The notes under the pieces: model-generated | The model's database searches: none | The model's input: only the letters and a program-made list of their open reading frames with translations | What the model was told of the DNA's origin: nothing | Made by a program: the position numbers and the translations under genes | Assembly (NCBI GenBank): GCA_973895155.1 | Contig: OZ316898.1 | Coordinates: forward strand, 16,475,420 to 16,539,419 | Reading direction: 5' to 3' | Length of the DNA stretch: 64,000 nucleotides | Source: Marsupella aquatica | Taxonomy: Eukaryota > Plantae > Marchantiophyta | Part shown: in pieces, positions 24,838-35,726 of the stretch | Layout of the letters: every line of letters begins with the position of its first letter | Position numbering within the stretch: position 1 is the stretch's first letter

Positions 24838-27800
24838 TGTGGTGCGTCCCATGGCTCCCTAAACCCAAGAAACCCCCCCAGCGCAAGCCAATTCCCGCAG
24901 GTTTCTCGCTTGGCGAGGCCGTTTCCGCGGCTTAGCGGCATGGGATGCTACTAACCTCCTTCTACTACTACTATTAACATTTTACACACATATACTGGAT
25001 AGATCCTTCATCGGGTCATGAGATACGTAGCCAGCCTAATCTAGGCCTTCCCTTGTCTTCCCCTCCGTCTTGTTAGGTATGTTTGGATTCCGCTGCCGGA
25101 ATGATCCCCAATAGGCTTGGTTAAGCCGCTAAGACCTCTCTCAGCTCGACACATCCAACTCTCACTCCCCTGCTTACTTTCCTTCCTCTATTGGTTGATG
25201 TGGGCACTCTTCACACAAGTTAATGCGACACACAAATAGCAAAATGACTCCTTCTGACTGAGTCATACCATGCACTTGCCATACAAACAGTACATCTCAT
25301 ACACAAGCTCTGCGAACTAAGCCGTGAGGCCAACTCTATTCAGCTCTTAGGCATGAGGAAACATGAATATACACAAGGTCACGGTATGACTAACCGAGAG
25401 CTTCTCTTACTACTTGATCCCAGCCCGGCTGGTGCAAACTAAAAACTTGCTAAAGAAGAGGCCCTGAGCTCCCCGCTGCCCAGGTACTTATCCTGGTAGT
25501 GGATCCGCCTAATTCTTTGCAGCCTAAGCCTAATCTACTTAACTGGATCTACCTATGTACAGCGAGGCAGAAGTACAAGTGTTGCTCTTACCAGTGGAAC
25601 CGCAATCCCACTAAGCTAAGTGTCAGGGCCACCTCCTGGTCCTGATCCTAATCCTAAACTTAGAGATCTGAGCCCGCTCTGCCCACTCACGCCTCCTCCC
25701 TCCACGTCCGCCCTTCCTAAAAGGAACGACGCCCTTGCACCATCACGACATCGGTGGTGGATCCTCAATGGACGCCGCCAACGCTCCCTCCGCAACCACT
25801 GCCGTAGGTTTGTTCTCTGACAGATTACCTGCCCTTGACTGAGTCAACTCTCCATCGGCCTGACTGGGCCCACCCTCGGCTTCGGCCTCGGCTCGGAAAT
25901 CATTCTCGGCTACGGCCTCAGCCTCAGCTTCGGCCACGGCCTCCCCGGCCTGCTCAAGAGGTGGATCTGGGTTACCGGCCTCATTACTGAGTAGTTCGGC
26001 TTGGGTCGCGCCATCCCCACCTTTGGTGATAGCGGGATCTATTGCCGTGTTCATGCCGGAGGTTGGTACCGGTTTGAGTACGGCTTGAGAGGTCGAATAA
26101 CCTCCGGACCCCAAAGGTTTCTGCTTCTTCTTCTTCACTATCTCCATAGCCGGTTCCTTCCCCTTGCCGCCAACGTCCGGCACCGGGCCGTGTGTCATGG
26201 CTGGTCATTCGGCAATTACCACCCCGGGTAACTGGTTTGCCCCAACGGGAGATGGACCTGATGCAGCTAAGCATTTAAATACTGCGGCTTGTTTCTTCAG
26301 CCGCTCTATTTGGTTGTCGGCCCGCCGCTGTAGGTTCTCCATCTTCCTCGTGATTTCCTCCAACTCCTCCTGGGTCTCATCCAGGTCCTTACGTGCCTCC
26401 TCCAGCTCATTTTTGGCTTCCTCCAATTCCCTGTGGGCTTCCTCCAATTCCTTCTTGGTGGTAGCCCTCTCCTCCTGGGTTGCTCTTAGCTCCTTGTTGA
26501 GCTCTGCTACGACCTCAGACTCCATGTTATTCATCTTGGCATAAGTCTGGTCGAGCTGGGCATCCTTCTCCCGCAGGTCGGCCTTGAAGCTGGCTGTCAG
26601 GGATGCAAGCTCCTGCTGTAGCGCAATAATCCCTTGATAGGATTTCCCTAACTCGGCCTCCTTCTGCTCAAGGGCTCTACGGATGACCTCGAGCTCTCCC
26701 TTCAGCGCCCTCTCCCTTCTCTGAGTCTCCGCCGTGACCCGGTTGTTGACTGCTATATGGGCCTCCTCTGCGTCTCTCAGCTCCTTCTTCCATTTCTCCC
26801 TGTCCTTGATTGCATCGGCCAATTCTCCCTGGGTCTGAGTCAGTTTATCCTTGATAATCTGATTATCAGCCTACGCAGTGTCCAACTGCCCCTGCATGAT
26901 GTTCAGCTCATGCCACTTAATCCGCAGTTCATCTTGGGCTTTCTTGGCCGCCCTTAGATCTTCAATCTCGGCTTCCATCCTCCTAAGCCGCCGGATGACC
27001 TCGTCCTTCTTGCTTCTCTCTAAAGCCACCGCTTCTTCTAATTGGTGCTTCTCCAACTGCTCCCTATGGAAAAAGGGTCCTACCTCCAACTCCTCCCCAA
27101 AGATGTCGAGCGCAAGTTCCCCACATATCTCACCATACTCCATGGCTCTATTTTTAGCGTAGGTGGAGTAAGTAGAAGTAATCGGCATCGCCCATCGCGG
27201 CCTCTGCTCCCAAGCCGTCTTGCGGATCTCTTCAATTGTGGCTAGAGGTTTGCTTCCTTTGTCGGCTAGCCGCCTGATGTCCTCCGGCCAATCTCCTCCT
27301 GGCAAATCCTTTTCCCTAGCCAGGGCTGCCTTTTCTGCTTCCCTAACTCGCTCCTGAAATTCCTGTGCCGTCTGCTTTATGTCGTCAAAGCTCGGGGGAG
27401 CAACATCTGGTGGGGGAGACTCTGGGCTACTCTGCTGGTTGGGGTCCCCTCGAACTACCCTTGGAAGTGTGGGGATAAACCGGCCACTGGTCCTTACTCC
27501 TGGAACGTGATGGTCCGACCCATAGCCGGAGTTATCATGGCTATAGTCCTCCACTGCCTCCTCCACCTCTTGGACTTCCGGCTTCTCCCTCTCCTCTTCG
27601 CCGGTAGGAGCTTCAGGCAATTCTGCCTCAGATTCAGAGCTTGAGACTCACACATATATTCGAACACCCGGCTTGGATTCTGGCCTGATTCTCTCCTTAT
27701 TTCCGGTAAAGGGGTTTTCCCTTCTAAGTCTGCTTAGGTTGACCTCTGGGGCAGTGTCCTATATTGGTGCCGCTGCCGAAGCTTGCCGTCTTTTCCTTCT

Positions 27801-29502
27801 CCAGCATTTTCAGCAGATTCTGCATGCTTGGTTGCTGCATCGGCAAGTCTTCCTTCCTTGGCCTAAACACCTGCCCAATCGTAGGGCTAACAGGTGGTTG
27901 AGGCTTCTCTGCTACCGGCCTCGGTGCTGGAGCTTCCTCGGGTGCCCTTACCTGTAGGGGAAGTACTTGGGCAAAGGTCTGACCTCTCGCATATCGGCAC
28001 AACAGCGGCATGTGATAGCCAAGCCGCGACACGCTCCCCAGGCCGATTACCTGCTGCTCCTCCTTTAAGATCTTCTTCAATTGGTTGAGGAGGTACCCGT
28101 TGTAGTCCAGGCTTGGGTCTGGCCTCTCTACCAGATAGACCTGTGCCTTGCCGATCTCTGCCCTCGGCAAGTTACAATGCATGGTCACCCGCAAGAAGTC
28201 AATCATCTCTCCTATGTGCGGGTTGGTGCAGGTGTTCCTGAAGAAGCCATTCTTCGTTGATGGCCCGGGGAACGACCGGAACTCCTTGTCAGGCAAGGTC
28301 TTCCTGGTATCAACTTTGGTCTTATTGCCTATCGGCAAGCCAAACACTTTGGCAATCACCTTGGGAGTAAGATAGAAATCCTTCCCATATATCCTTGTGG
28401 AATTGGTCGCGGGTTCCCATGACCCCACGAATTCTAATAGGTCTAAATTCGGCACCTCCGGCTTCAGCCATGGTAATCTTACAAAGGCCTCTAAGCCGGA
28501 TCCGGCCATGAAGCCTTGGTACTTCTTGGTCTGCATGGCCGTAAAGCATGCATCCTCCTCCCGTGCAAAATGTAGTTGCACCTCCTCTGGTAGGGTTGCC
28601 GCCCAGCCCTTCCAGGTGTCATCCCTGGTTGGAATGGCATTGATGGGATCGTCCTCCTCCTCTTCGGCTTCTTCCTGCCTCCTACTCTATTGCTCGGCTG
28701 GCTTCTTTGGTGCCGCCGACCTCGTTCTTTTTGCCGGGGTGGCTCCATCGTTGACGGCTCCCTTCCTCTTCATTTTGGCTCCCGTGGATCTCTCTCCTAG
28801 CACGGTTGCCTTTGTCCACCCTCCGTGCTACCCTTCAACTCCCAGTGTATGTTGTTGCAGCATTTGATGGCTTCTTGGATGCCGACAACTCTATCTTCGC
28901 AAAACAAAAGATCGTCGAGCTGATTTGAAGTAGGAGTCCACAAGAACTCGGCCTTGATAAGTTTGCCTCCTAAGAAAGCCGTCTTCTGCAGCTCCCACAA
29001 TCGAGCGAGCTCCTACCATTCTCGAGCTGCCCTTTCTGATTCTTCGTCCTCGTAAGTCTTGATGTACTCAGTTGCCCGTTCGAACAGGCATCCCCAGAAA
29101 TGTGTCGCTTGATTGATGTTGCTCATACCCTCCTTAGGTCGATCGTCGGTATCTACTCTCTCCCCGAGTGCTTGCCTAAGCAGCTGACAGTAGTTGGCCT
29201 CCCGTAGTCGTCTGCCTAGTTCGTGCTCGCAAATGAGCCACCATTCCCTGCAAGCGCTCCTTACCCCTCTCCTCTTCCGGTTCTTCCTCCCGTTGATCCT
29301 TCCTAGCCGCCAACGCTTAGCGCGCCCTAACCCTAATCTTGTTTTCACCCCCAGCGTCCTTACCTCCAGCCTCGGCCCGGGTTCCATAGTCGCCTCTAAT
29401 TGTTTATATTTTCCTTGTTTTGTCCCTATACTAAGGTATTTCTAGGGTGCACTCCTGCTTTACCCACTTAACTGGCCGAGTGATTCCTGGCTAGGCATCA
29501 CA
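24838..29502 (-). repeat. 3' LTR of element B (~4.67 kb)
   Basis: PPT AAGTGGGGAGCTA then TGTGATGC at 29502; ends GCACCACA at 24838 (7/8 inverted match); the same end precedes the PBS in the 5' copy. Confidence 0.85.
25743..29387 (-). pseudogene. LTR-embedded accessory gene of element B (ancestrally one ORF of ~1,200 codons)
   Basis: Several breaks are open in copy D or the 5' LTR and vice versa (TAG/CAG at 29013 and 26871, TGA/GGA at 26205, TGG in B where D has TAG at 24229); terminal stop shared with the 5' LTR copy. Confidence 0.8.
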
Positions 29503-32500
29503 TAGCTCCCCACTTAATTGTGAAGCGTCCTCACGAACAACTTCATCTTCGTCCATATAGTATTTCTTGAGGCGGTCATAATGGATGCGAACTGGATACA
29601 CTTCTCCCGTAATGTTGGCCAATTGTACGGAGCCATTGGAGAACTTCATGGTTACTCTAAAGGGTCCTAACCAGCGAGTGTAAAGCTTACCTGGAAACTT
29701 ACTATACCTACTATCATAAAGTAATACAAGATCACCGGTGTGAATACTAACTGCTTTCAACTTTTTATCATACTGTTGTTTCATGGTTTTTTGTCTATAT
29801 TCTATTCTCTCAGCTGAAATCATTCTTGCCTCCTCTAAAGCTTCTAATCTATATTCTCGCTCCTTCAGGCTCTCCTCCGCTGAGGCTCTTTCCTCAATTG
29901 TAACTTGAATTGTAGGGATCTCAAGTTGCATGGGTACCAGAGCTTCTTGTCCAAAGGTTAAGAAAAAGGGTGTATGTCCGGTAGTGGTTTTATAGGCTAA
30001 ATTATAAGCAAAAACAGCAGCAAATAATTTATCATCCCAATCGAGTTTGTTCTGAGCTACTGTCTTGTTCAATATCTTTCCTATAATTCTGTTTGCTCGT
30101 TCTGTCAACCCATTTGCCTTTGGATGGTAGGGAGTAGTAGGCCTATGTCTAACTAAATACTGCTCATTTAAACGACTAATTATATCATTCAGAAAATGGG
30201 TTCCTCTATCACTAACTAATTCTAGGGGTGCTCCATACCTGGTGAAGATCTGCTCATACATGAATCTAGCCGTAGTAATTGCATCATCCTTCGTGGTTGG
30301 TCTGGCCTCTACCCATTTAGTTGCATAATCCGTAGCCAGGATTATGTACTTGTTTTGTCGAGGGTGGGTCAGTGGTTTCAGAGGTCCGATGTAATCAATA
30401 CCCCACTTCTCAAATGGTGCCAGAGGTAGAATAGGGTGCAGTGGATGTCTGGTGGACGCCCTTGGTCCTCCCGCTCGTTGACAAGGATCGCATTGTTTGA
30501 TAAACTGATAGACATCCTTGTGCAAGGTGGGCCACCAGTAACCGACATTTAATATCTTTTTAGACGTGGTTACTGGGGCAAAATATCCGCCGGCTTCTTC
30601 TCCATGCATAGCCCATAAGACTTGTTTTACCTCTCCCTTTTCTAAACACCTTTGAATAGTGCCGCTGATTCCATACCTGTGTAGTACACCCTTAATGTAC
30701 TGATACTGTCTGACCTTCCGCAAAAAGACTGCGGCTTGTTCTCGGCTTAACCCTGGCTGTAATCTGGAAGTGCTGAGAAAATGTAAAATCTCAGGGTACC
30801 ATGTATCAGCTATTTCCACAACGAATAGTTCCTCGTCGGGGAATCGATCATCGATGCAATCCGTGGCAGGTTCACCTGTGATTCTTGAAAAGAAGTCGGC
30901 ATTGGCGTGTAACTTTCCCGGCTTGATCCTCAGCTCATAGTCAAACTCCTGTAATAGCAAAATCCATCTTGCTACTCTGCCTGTAAGGTCCGGCTTATTG
31001 ACTAGGTACTTCAAACTTTCATGATCGGTATGAAAGATTACCTTGTACCCTAGTAAATAATGCCTAAACTTTTTACAGGAATAAATGACTCCTAATGCTT
31101 CCCTCTCTGTGGTGGAGTAGTTCTGTTCGGCATCGGCAAGCTGACGGCTTGCGAAGTATATGGGATGGTCCCTTCCTTTCTCATCCAACTGATTTAGTAC
31201 TGAGCCGATACAGAAGCCCGAGACATCTACAAAAACATGAAAATCTTTGTTCCAGTCCGGTGCTATCATGACTGGGGCCTCTACTAACATCTGCTTCAAT
31301 TCTACCACCGCTGTGACTCGTTCGGGTGTGGGTTCGAAGTCTGCTCCTGCCTTGAGCATGTTGGTTAATGGTAAAGCTAGTTTGGCAAAATCCTTGATGA
31401 ACCAGCGATAGTAACCAATGCATCCCAGGAAGGATCTTACATCCTTTATGTTCTTAGGTTGCATGATATCTAGCCATATTGCTAGCTTACCTTTGTCAAT
31501 CTCAATGCCCTTCCTTGATACCTTGTGACCTAGTAGCACCCCCTCGGTTACTGCAAAGAAACATTTATCTGGGTGTAACTTGAGACCTACCTCTCTGCAT
31601 CTCATGAAGGTTTTCCTGAGATATTTAGCATGTTTCGATGCCTTCCCGAATACTGCAAAGTCATCAATGAAGATTTCCATGAACTTTCTCAAGTAATCAT
31701 GAAAAATGTTTACCATCAATCGTTGGAACATAGCTGGTGCGTTGCAGAGTCCAAACGGCATACGATTGAAGACATAGATCCCCCATTCCGTGATGAAGGC
31801 CGTCTTAATTTGGTCTTCCTGCCGAATCCTGATTTGGTTATAACCAGAGTACCCATCCATGAATGAATATAGTTCATGACTGGCTACCATGTCTAGTACC
31901 ATATCAGTAAAGGGTAAGGGAAAATGGTCTTTTAACGTCGCTTCATTCAGTTTCTTGTAATCCTGACAAACCCGGATCTTGGGTTTACCATCGGGTCCAG
32001 CTTTCTTGGGAACTATCACAATTGGAGACACCCAGTCTGAATGCAGGACTGGAGTGATGAATCCAGCTTCCACTAGTTTGTCAATTTCCGTTTTGACCAG
32101 CAGGGAATACTTCGGGTTCATCCTTCGAATTGGTTGTCTGAATGATTTGGCTCCTAACATGAGATCAATTCGATATTCCCCTAATGTTGGATCTACTCCC
32201 TTTAGATCTTGGTGACTCCATGCAAACACATCCTGAAATTCAATTAGTAAGTCACTGATCTCTTTCTCAAGCTCAGGTGCTAGGTCTCTCCCTAAGTTTA
32301 GTTCCCTCCCTTCTCCTAAGTCGAGCTTCCGGTATTGCCGTGCTTGGATCATATTAATCTGCTTCTTCAAATTTGGGTCCAGCTCGGCTTCTAGTCTCTC
32401 CAATCTCATACCTCCATAAACTGGAATCTCGGCTGTACTAGCCGAATCAGTTTCTCCCTTGGTGCCCACAGACTGTCCCCTTGCCGGCCTATTCGGTTTT

Positions 32501-32757
32501 GAATTGGTAGTCAGTTTTCCTTCCTGCCTCGGCTCTGGATTCTGTCTGTGCATCTCATCCACCTCTTGCTCCTGAGGGTCAGGCCGCTGTGCTCTCCCGA
32601 CTTCTAATAGGGCCTCAATTTGTTCTGCCACTGTAATCAGCCTGTATGCCGATCCCTTGGTATTTAATTCCTTGCCGATGATCGATGGCGTTGTGGACCC
32701 TGTCGGCTCTGCCACAACGCCTGCAGAAAATCCACTATCCCTGCTACTGCTCCCCAC
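29491..32757 (-). CDS. pol of element B (RT, RNase H, integrase), open 1088 codons, probably reached by -1 frameshift
   Basis: FMDGYSGYNQI, FIDDF, FASRQL, WGIDYIGP, SDRGTHF and WLGPF motifs; GHF-to-GYF change in the integrase zinc finger. Confidence 0.93.
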   Translation of the reverse strand: MGSSSRDSGFSAGVVAEPTGSTTPSIIGKELNTKGSAYRLITVAEQIEALLEVGRAQRPDPQEQEVDEMHRQNPEPRQEGKLTTNSKPNRPARGQSVGTKGETDSASTAEIPVYGGMRLERLEAELDPNLKKQINMIQARQYRKLDLGEGRELNLGRDLAPELEKEISDLLIEFQDVFAWSHQDLKGVDPTLGEYRIDLMLGAKSFRQPIRRMNPKYSLLVKTEIDKLVEAGFITPVLHSDWVSPIVIVPKKAGPDGKPKIRVCQDYKKLNEATLKDHFPLPFTDMVLDMVASHELYSFMDGYSGYNQIRIRQEDQIKTAFITEWGIYVFNRMPFGLCNAPAMFQRLMVNIFHDYLRKFMEIFIDDFAVFGKASKHAKYLRKTFMRCREVGLKLHPDKCFFAVTEGVLLGHKVSRKGIEIDKGKLAIWLDIMQPKNIKDVRSFLGCIGYYRWFIKDFAKLALPLTNMLKAGADFEPTPERVTAVVELKQMLVEAPVMIAPDWNKDFHVFVDVSGFCIGSVLNQLDEKGRDHPIYFASRQLADAEQNYSTTEREALGVIYSCKKFRHYLLGYKVIFHTDHESLKYLVNKPDLTGRVARWILLLQEFDYELRIKPGKLHANADFFSRITGEPATDCIDDRFPDEELFVVEIADTWYPEILHFLSTSRLQPGLSREQAAVFLRKVRQYQYIKGVLHRYGISGTIQRCLEKGEVKQVLWAMHGEEAGGYFAPVTTSKKILNVGYWWPTLHKDVYQFIKQCDPCQRAGGPRASTRHPLHPILPLAPFEKWGIDYIGPLKPLTHPRQNKYIILATDYATKWVEARPTTKDDAITTARFMYEQIFTRYGAPLELVSDRGTHFLNDIISRLNEQYLVRHRPTTPYHPKANGLTERANRIIGKILNKTVAQNKLDWDDKLFAAVFAYNLAYKTTTGHTPFFLTFGQEALVPMQLEIPTIQVTIEERASAEESLKEREYRLEALEEARMISAERIEYRQKTMKQQYDKKLKAVSIHTGDLVLLYDSRYSKFPGKLYTRWLGPFRVTMKFSNGSVQLANITGEVYPVRIHYDRLKKYYMDEDEVVREDASQLSGELCDA

Positions 32758-35657
32758 TTAGCCATTTCATCCAATTGACTTACATCTTTTACTTCCTCCG
32801 GAATTCCAGCTAAAAAGGTGGATTCTATTGTAAAGCAGTCCTCGACCTCTTCGTCTTCTTCTTCCAAGTCACCTTTCATTGGTTCTTGCCATAACCCGCT
32901 GGGGGGTACCTCTGGTCCAAAGACACTTTCTTCGGTTTGGTCAACGAGGCATTCTAACCAACGTACTTCATCGGCTGACTCCAGTCCACTGTCGTACCCA
33001 TCTACTTCCCTTATGCTTTTCCTATGGTCATCCTTAGTGTCCCAGGATACCGTGATAGAGGGGGTCCCGAAAGTGAACTGCTTTTTACCCCAATCTTCTA
33101 TTACCTCGGCTAGGTACAGCCATGGCCTGCCAATTAATAGCCGAAACGACGTAGGGTTTACCGGCTTCATTACTACATAGTTAATGCTAAAGAAGATACC
33201 TCCTATCTTTGTCTTGATGCCGGTTAACACCCCCGTGGGAATGACCTGATATCCATTGGCCATGTTCAACACTCTTCCAGTCATCTCCGGTGTTAGACCC
33301 CATCCTTTTGCTGTTGAATCAATCATGATACATACCCCGGATCCTCCATCAATGGGTACCCGTAGTAATATTTCTCCTTGAATCATTAATGGTAAAGCTG
33401 GGGCTCCTTGATCTTCCTCTATCATCAGCACGTCGGATTTGGTTGCTACCTTGGGTAATCTCGGCTTGCCGAGAATAGCCTTCCTTAATTGCTTCCGGAA
33501 GTACGGGCTATTTTTCAATAGTTGACCAACTGTTGCCGAGACTCTAGAGTCTAGCACATCTTTGGCCAGGTCATAGGGAACAATCGGATTCTCCTCCGGT
33601 GGTGTTTCCTTCTGGGCTTTGGCCTGTTTTGCCACACTAGTCTCTACAGCTGTTGGATCCTCCGAAGCAAACAATGCTTTTGCTCGTTTCACATCCTTGG
33701 CTATGGCTTCGGTATTCTCCAGGGTTTCTAATTCTCTTAGTTGTTCCTTAACACTAGCCGTAACAGAGGGGTAGAACAACTTAGGATGATCTCGATTGAA
33801 GTCGCTATCTTGTGAAGGATTGGGTTCGCTGGTGGGCTCATGGCTTACCTGTATTGCCGGAGCCCTCCCTTCTCCTTCCGTTGATGTTGACGAAGAGTCG
33901 ATCTTTTCTTCCTGGACCTTCCCTTTATTTTTGGCCAGCCCATCCCACCTTTCCTTCCTTCTGGTAGATCGAGTAGAGACCCGGTAGCAATCATGATCTA
34001 AATCCTCTTCTGAGAAGGTTGATAGGGCTTCGGCCTCATCATCAGATGGTACGAACTCTGCCTCGGCATCCTCTTGCCATCCTAGTTCGATGTGGTTGAT
34101 TTGAACTCCTCCGGGGGTAGTACCTGGCGGTAAGACCTTAACTGGCAAGAGCTTATGATTTGCGGCCAGGCCTGCCACCCAAGTAGGACATTGCCCTAGC
34201 ATATGACCTTCTTGTCGGCATCCCATACATAGCTGAGCTGGTTGTCCATCACCCTGTTTGCGTGCATTCGGGCACTCTCTAGCAAAATGGCCAGGTTGAC
34301 CACAGTTATAGCATGTCGCAAATCTCTGCACATTCGGCCTAGGAGGTACTGACGGGTTCTGAATAATCCGAGGATACATCTCTCCCGGATTGTTCCTTAA
34401 TCCTGACCACAGAGATGCAGGTCTGTTGGATAGGTCTCGTGCTCCAGTCTCACTGATGCCAAAAACACTATCAGCGGCATCTCCTAGAAAGTACTCTACT
34501 TCTCCCTGACATGGTCTGATCTCGGCCACATGCCGAACATGATTAGTATTCAGTTTAGGACACGCATCTTTATGGTGTCCGGTTTTATAACATAAGGCAC
34601 ACCATACAGAGCTATCCTCCTGTACTACCTTCTTCTTCGGCTTTACCTCTGCAATTATAGCCTTAAGTTGCTCGGTAAGGGCTACGATGTTATCTGGTGG
34701 CTTAGCCTCCAGCTTGACTTTCGTCTTCCCTCTCCTTCTGCCCTTCCTTTTCCTAGTTTTTTCTTCTTCAGAACTAGAAGATGACTCACTCTTGCTACTT
34801 CCACTATCCGAGCTTGAGTTATCACTTCTTGACTTCTTAGAATGTTTCTTCTTCTTATCCTTTTTCTTATGGGGTGATCCTTCCTCCGATGAGGAACTCT
34901 CAGACTTAAGCTGTTTCTTTCGGCTTGTGATATCTTCATTAATGTATAATTGAATATCCTTAATTGCCTCGGCCAAGGTCTCCGGGTTCTCCTTCCTAAT
35001 TGCAAAACTCATCTTCTGTGGCAAAGCATTCACCAACCATTGAAGTTGCATACCTTCAGATGCATTGGTCTTTGTACGTCTTACCAGTTTTTGAAAGCGT
35101 TGCAAGAACTTCCTGAAGGATTTGTTCTCCTTGAACCGAAGTCGTCCCAACTTCAGCACTGCTAGTTCTGAAGTTCCAATGGGTCGAAACTCCTTAACAA
35201 AGAGTGTTTTGAAGATATCCCAGATGGCTTGATCTTCCACATCCAATGCTCTGTACCAAGGCCTAGCCTCACCCTTGAACAGGCCGGGAAGAATTTGCAT
35301 CTTGATGGCCGATTCTCCATTTGCTGCAGCGGTTCCCTCGAAATCATCCAACCATTCGTCCGGATCCTCATCTCCTCTCCCATGAAATGCCTTGTAATGA
35401 ATGCGCGACCGTTGGCTCAGTCTGGTCCCTGGCCTCTCGTCTGGCCGTGCCTCTGGTTCCCCCATGTCGGTTGAAGACTCACTTCTCCTTACCAACTCTT
35501 CTTCTGGTATGTCTTCTTCGATGCCACTTCCAGCTTCGGAGCTACCAGCTCTTTCTGCCCCTCTCAGTCGTTGTGTATCATACCACCCGGCGAGCTGCTG
35601 CAGTCGAGCTCTCTCTCGTTGAATCACTCTTTCTTCCCTCGGCGTAAGGTCAGTCAT
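32664..35657 (-). CDS. gag plus aspartic protease of element B (997 aa)
   Basis: Retrotransposon gag core (F.GRGDEDPDEWLDDF), three CCHC knuckles, PIDGGSGV protease, LIGRPWL. Confidence 0.92.
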   Translation of the reverse strand: MTDLTPREERVIQRERARLQQLAGWYDTQRLRGAERAGSSEAGSGIEEDIPEEELVRRSESSTDMGEPEARPDERPGTRLSQRSRIHYKAFHGRGDEDPDEWLDDFEGTAAANGESAIKMQILPGLFKGEARPWYRALDVEDQAIWDIFKTLFVKEFRPIGTSELAVLKLGRLRFKENKSFRKFLQRFQKLVRRTKTNASEGMQLQWLVNALPQKMSFAIRKENPETLAEAIKDIQLYINEDITSRKKQLKSESSSSEEGSPHKKKDKKKKHSKKSRSDNSSSDSGSSKSESSSSSEEEKTRKRKGRRRGKTKVKLEAKPPDNIVALTEQLKAIIAEVKPKKKVVQEDSSVWCALCYKTGHHKDACPKLNTNHVRHVAEIRPCQGEVEYFLGDAADSVFGISETGARDLSNRPASLWSGLRNNPGEMYPRIIQNPSVPPRPNVQRFATCYNCGQPGHFARECPNARKQGDGQPAQLCMGCRQEGHMLGQCPTWVAGLAANHKLLPVKVLPPGTTPGGVQINHIELGWQEDAEAEFVPSDDEAEALSTFSEEDLDHDCYRVSTRSTRRKERWDGLAKNKGKVQEEKIDSSSTSTEGEGRAPAIQVSHEPTSEPNPSQDSDFNRDHPKLFYPSVTASVKEQLRELETLENTEAIAKDVKRAKALFASEDPTAVETSVAKQAKAQKETPPEENPIVPYDLAKDVLDSRVSATVGQLLKNSPYFRKQLRKAILGKPRLPKVATKSDVLMIEEDQGAPALPLMIQGEILLRVPIDGGSGVCIMIDSTAKGWGLTPEMTGRVLNMANGYQVIPTGVLTGIKTKIGGIFFSINYVVMKPVNPTSFRLLIGRPWLYLAEVIEDWGKKQFTFGTPSITVSWDTKDDHRKSIREVDGYDSGLESADEVRWLECLVDQTEESVFGPEVPPSGLWQEPMKGDLEEEDEEVEDCFTIESTFLAGIPEEVKDVSQLDEMAKWGAVAGIVDFLQALWQSRQGPQRHRSSARN
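32687..32733 (-). promoter_or_regulatory. Candidate programmed -1 frameshift signal
   Basis: G GAU UUU in the gag frame (32733-32727), 5-nt spacer, perfect 10-bp stem GGCGUUGUGG/CCACAACGCC, inside the gag/pol overlap. Confidence 0.75.
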
Positions 35658-35705
35658 TACCTACGCTTCCTTTCTAACTTCATATCTCACGGCTTAAGAA
35701 ATGCC

Positions 35706-35722
35706 CCCTCCATCTAGCGCCA
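35706..35722 (-). promoter_or_regulatory. Primer-binding site of element B (probably tRNA-Asn)
   Basis: TGGCGCTAGATGGAGGG 4 nt from the LTR end; matches the plant tRNA-Asn 3' end as I recall it with one mismatch. Confidence 0.7.
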
Positions 35723-35726
35723 AAAA

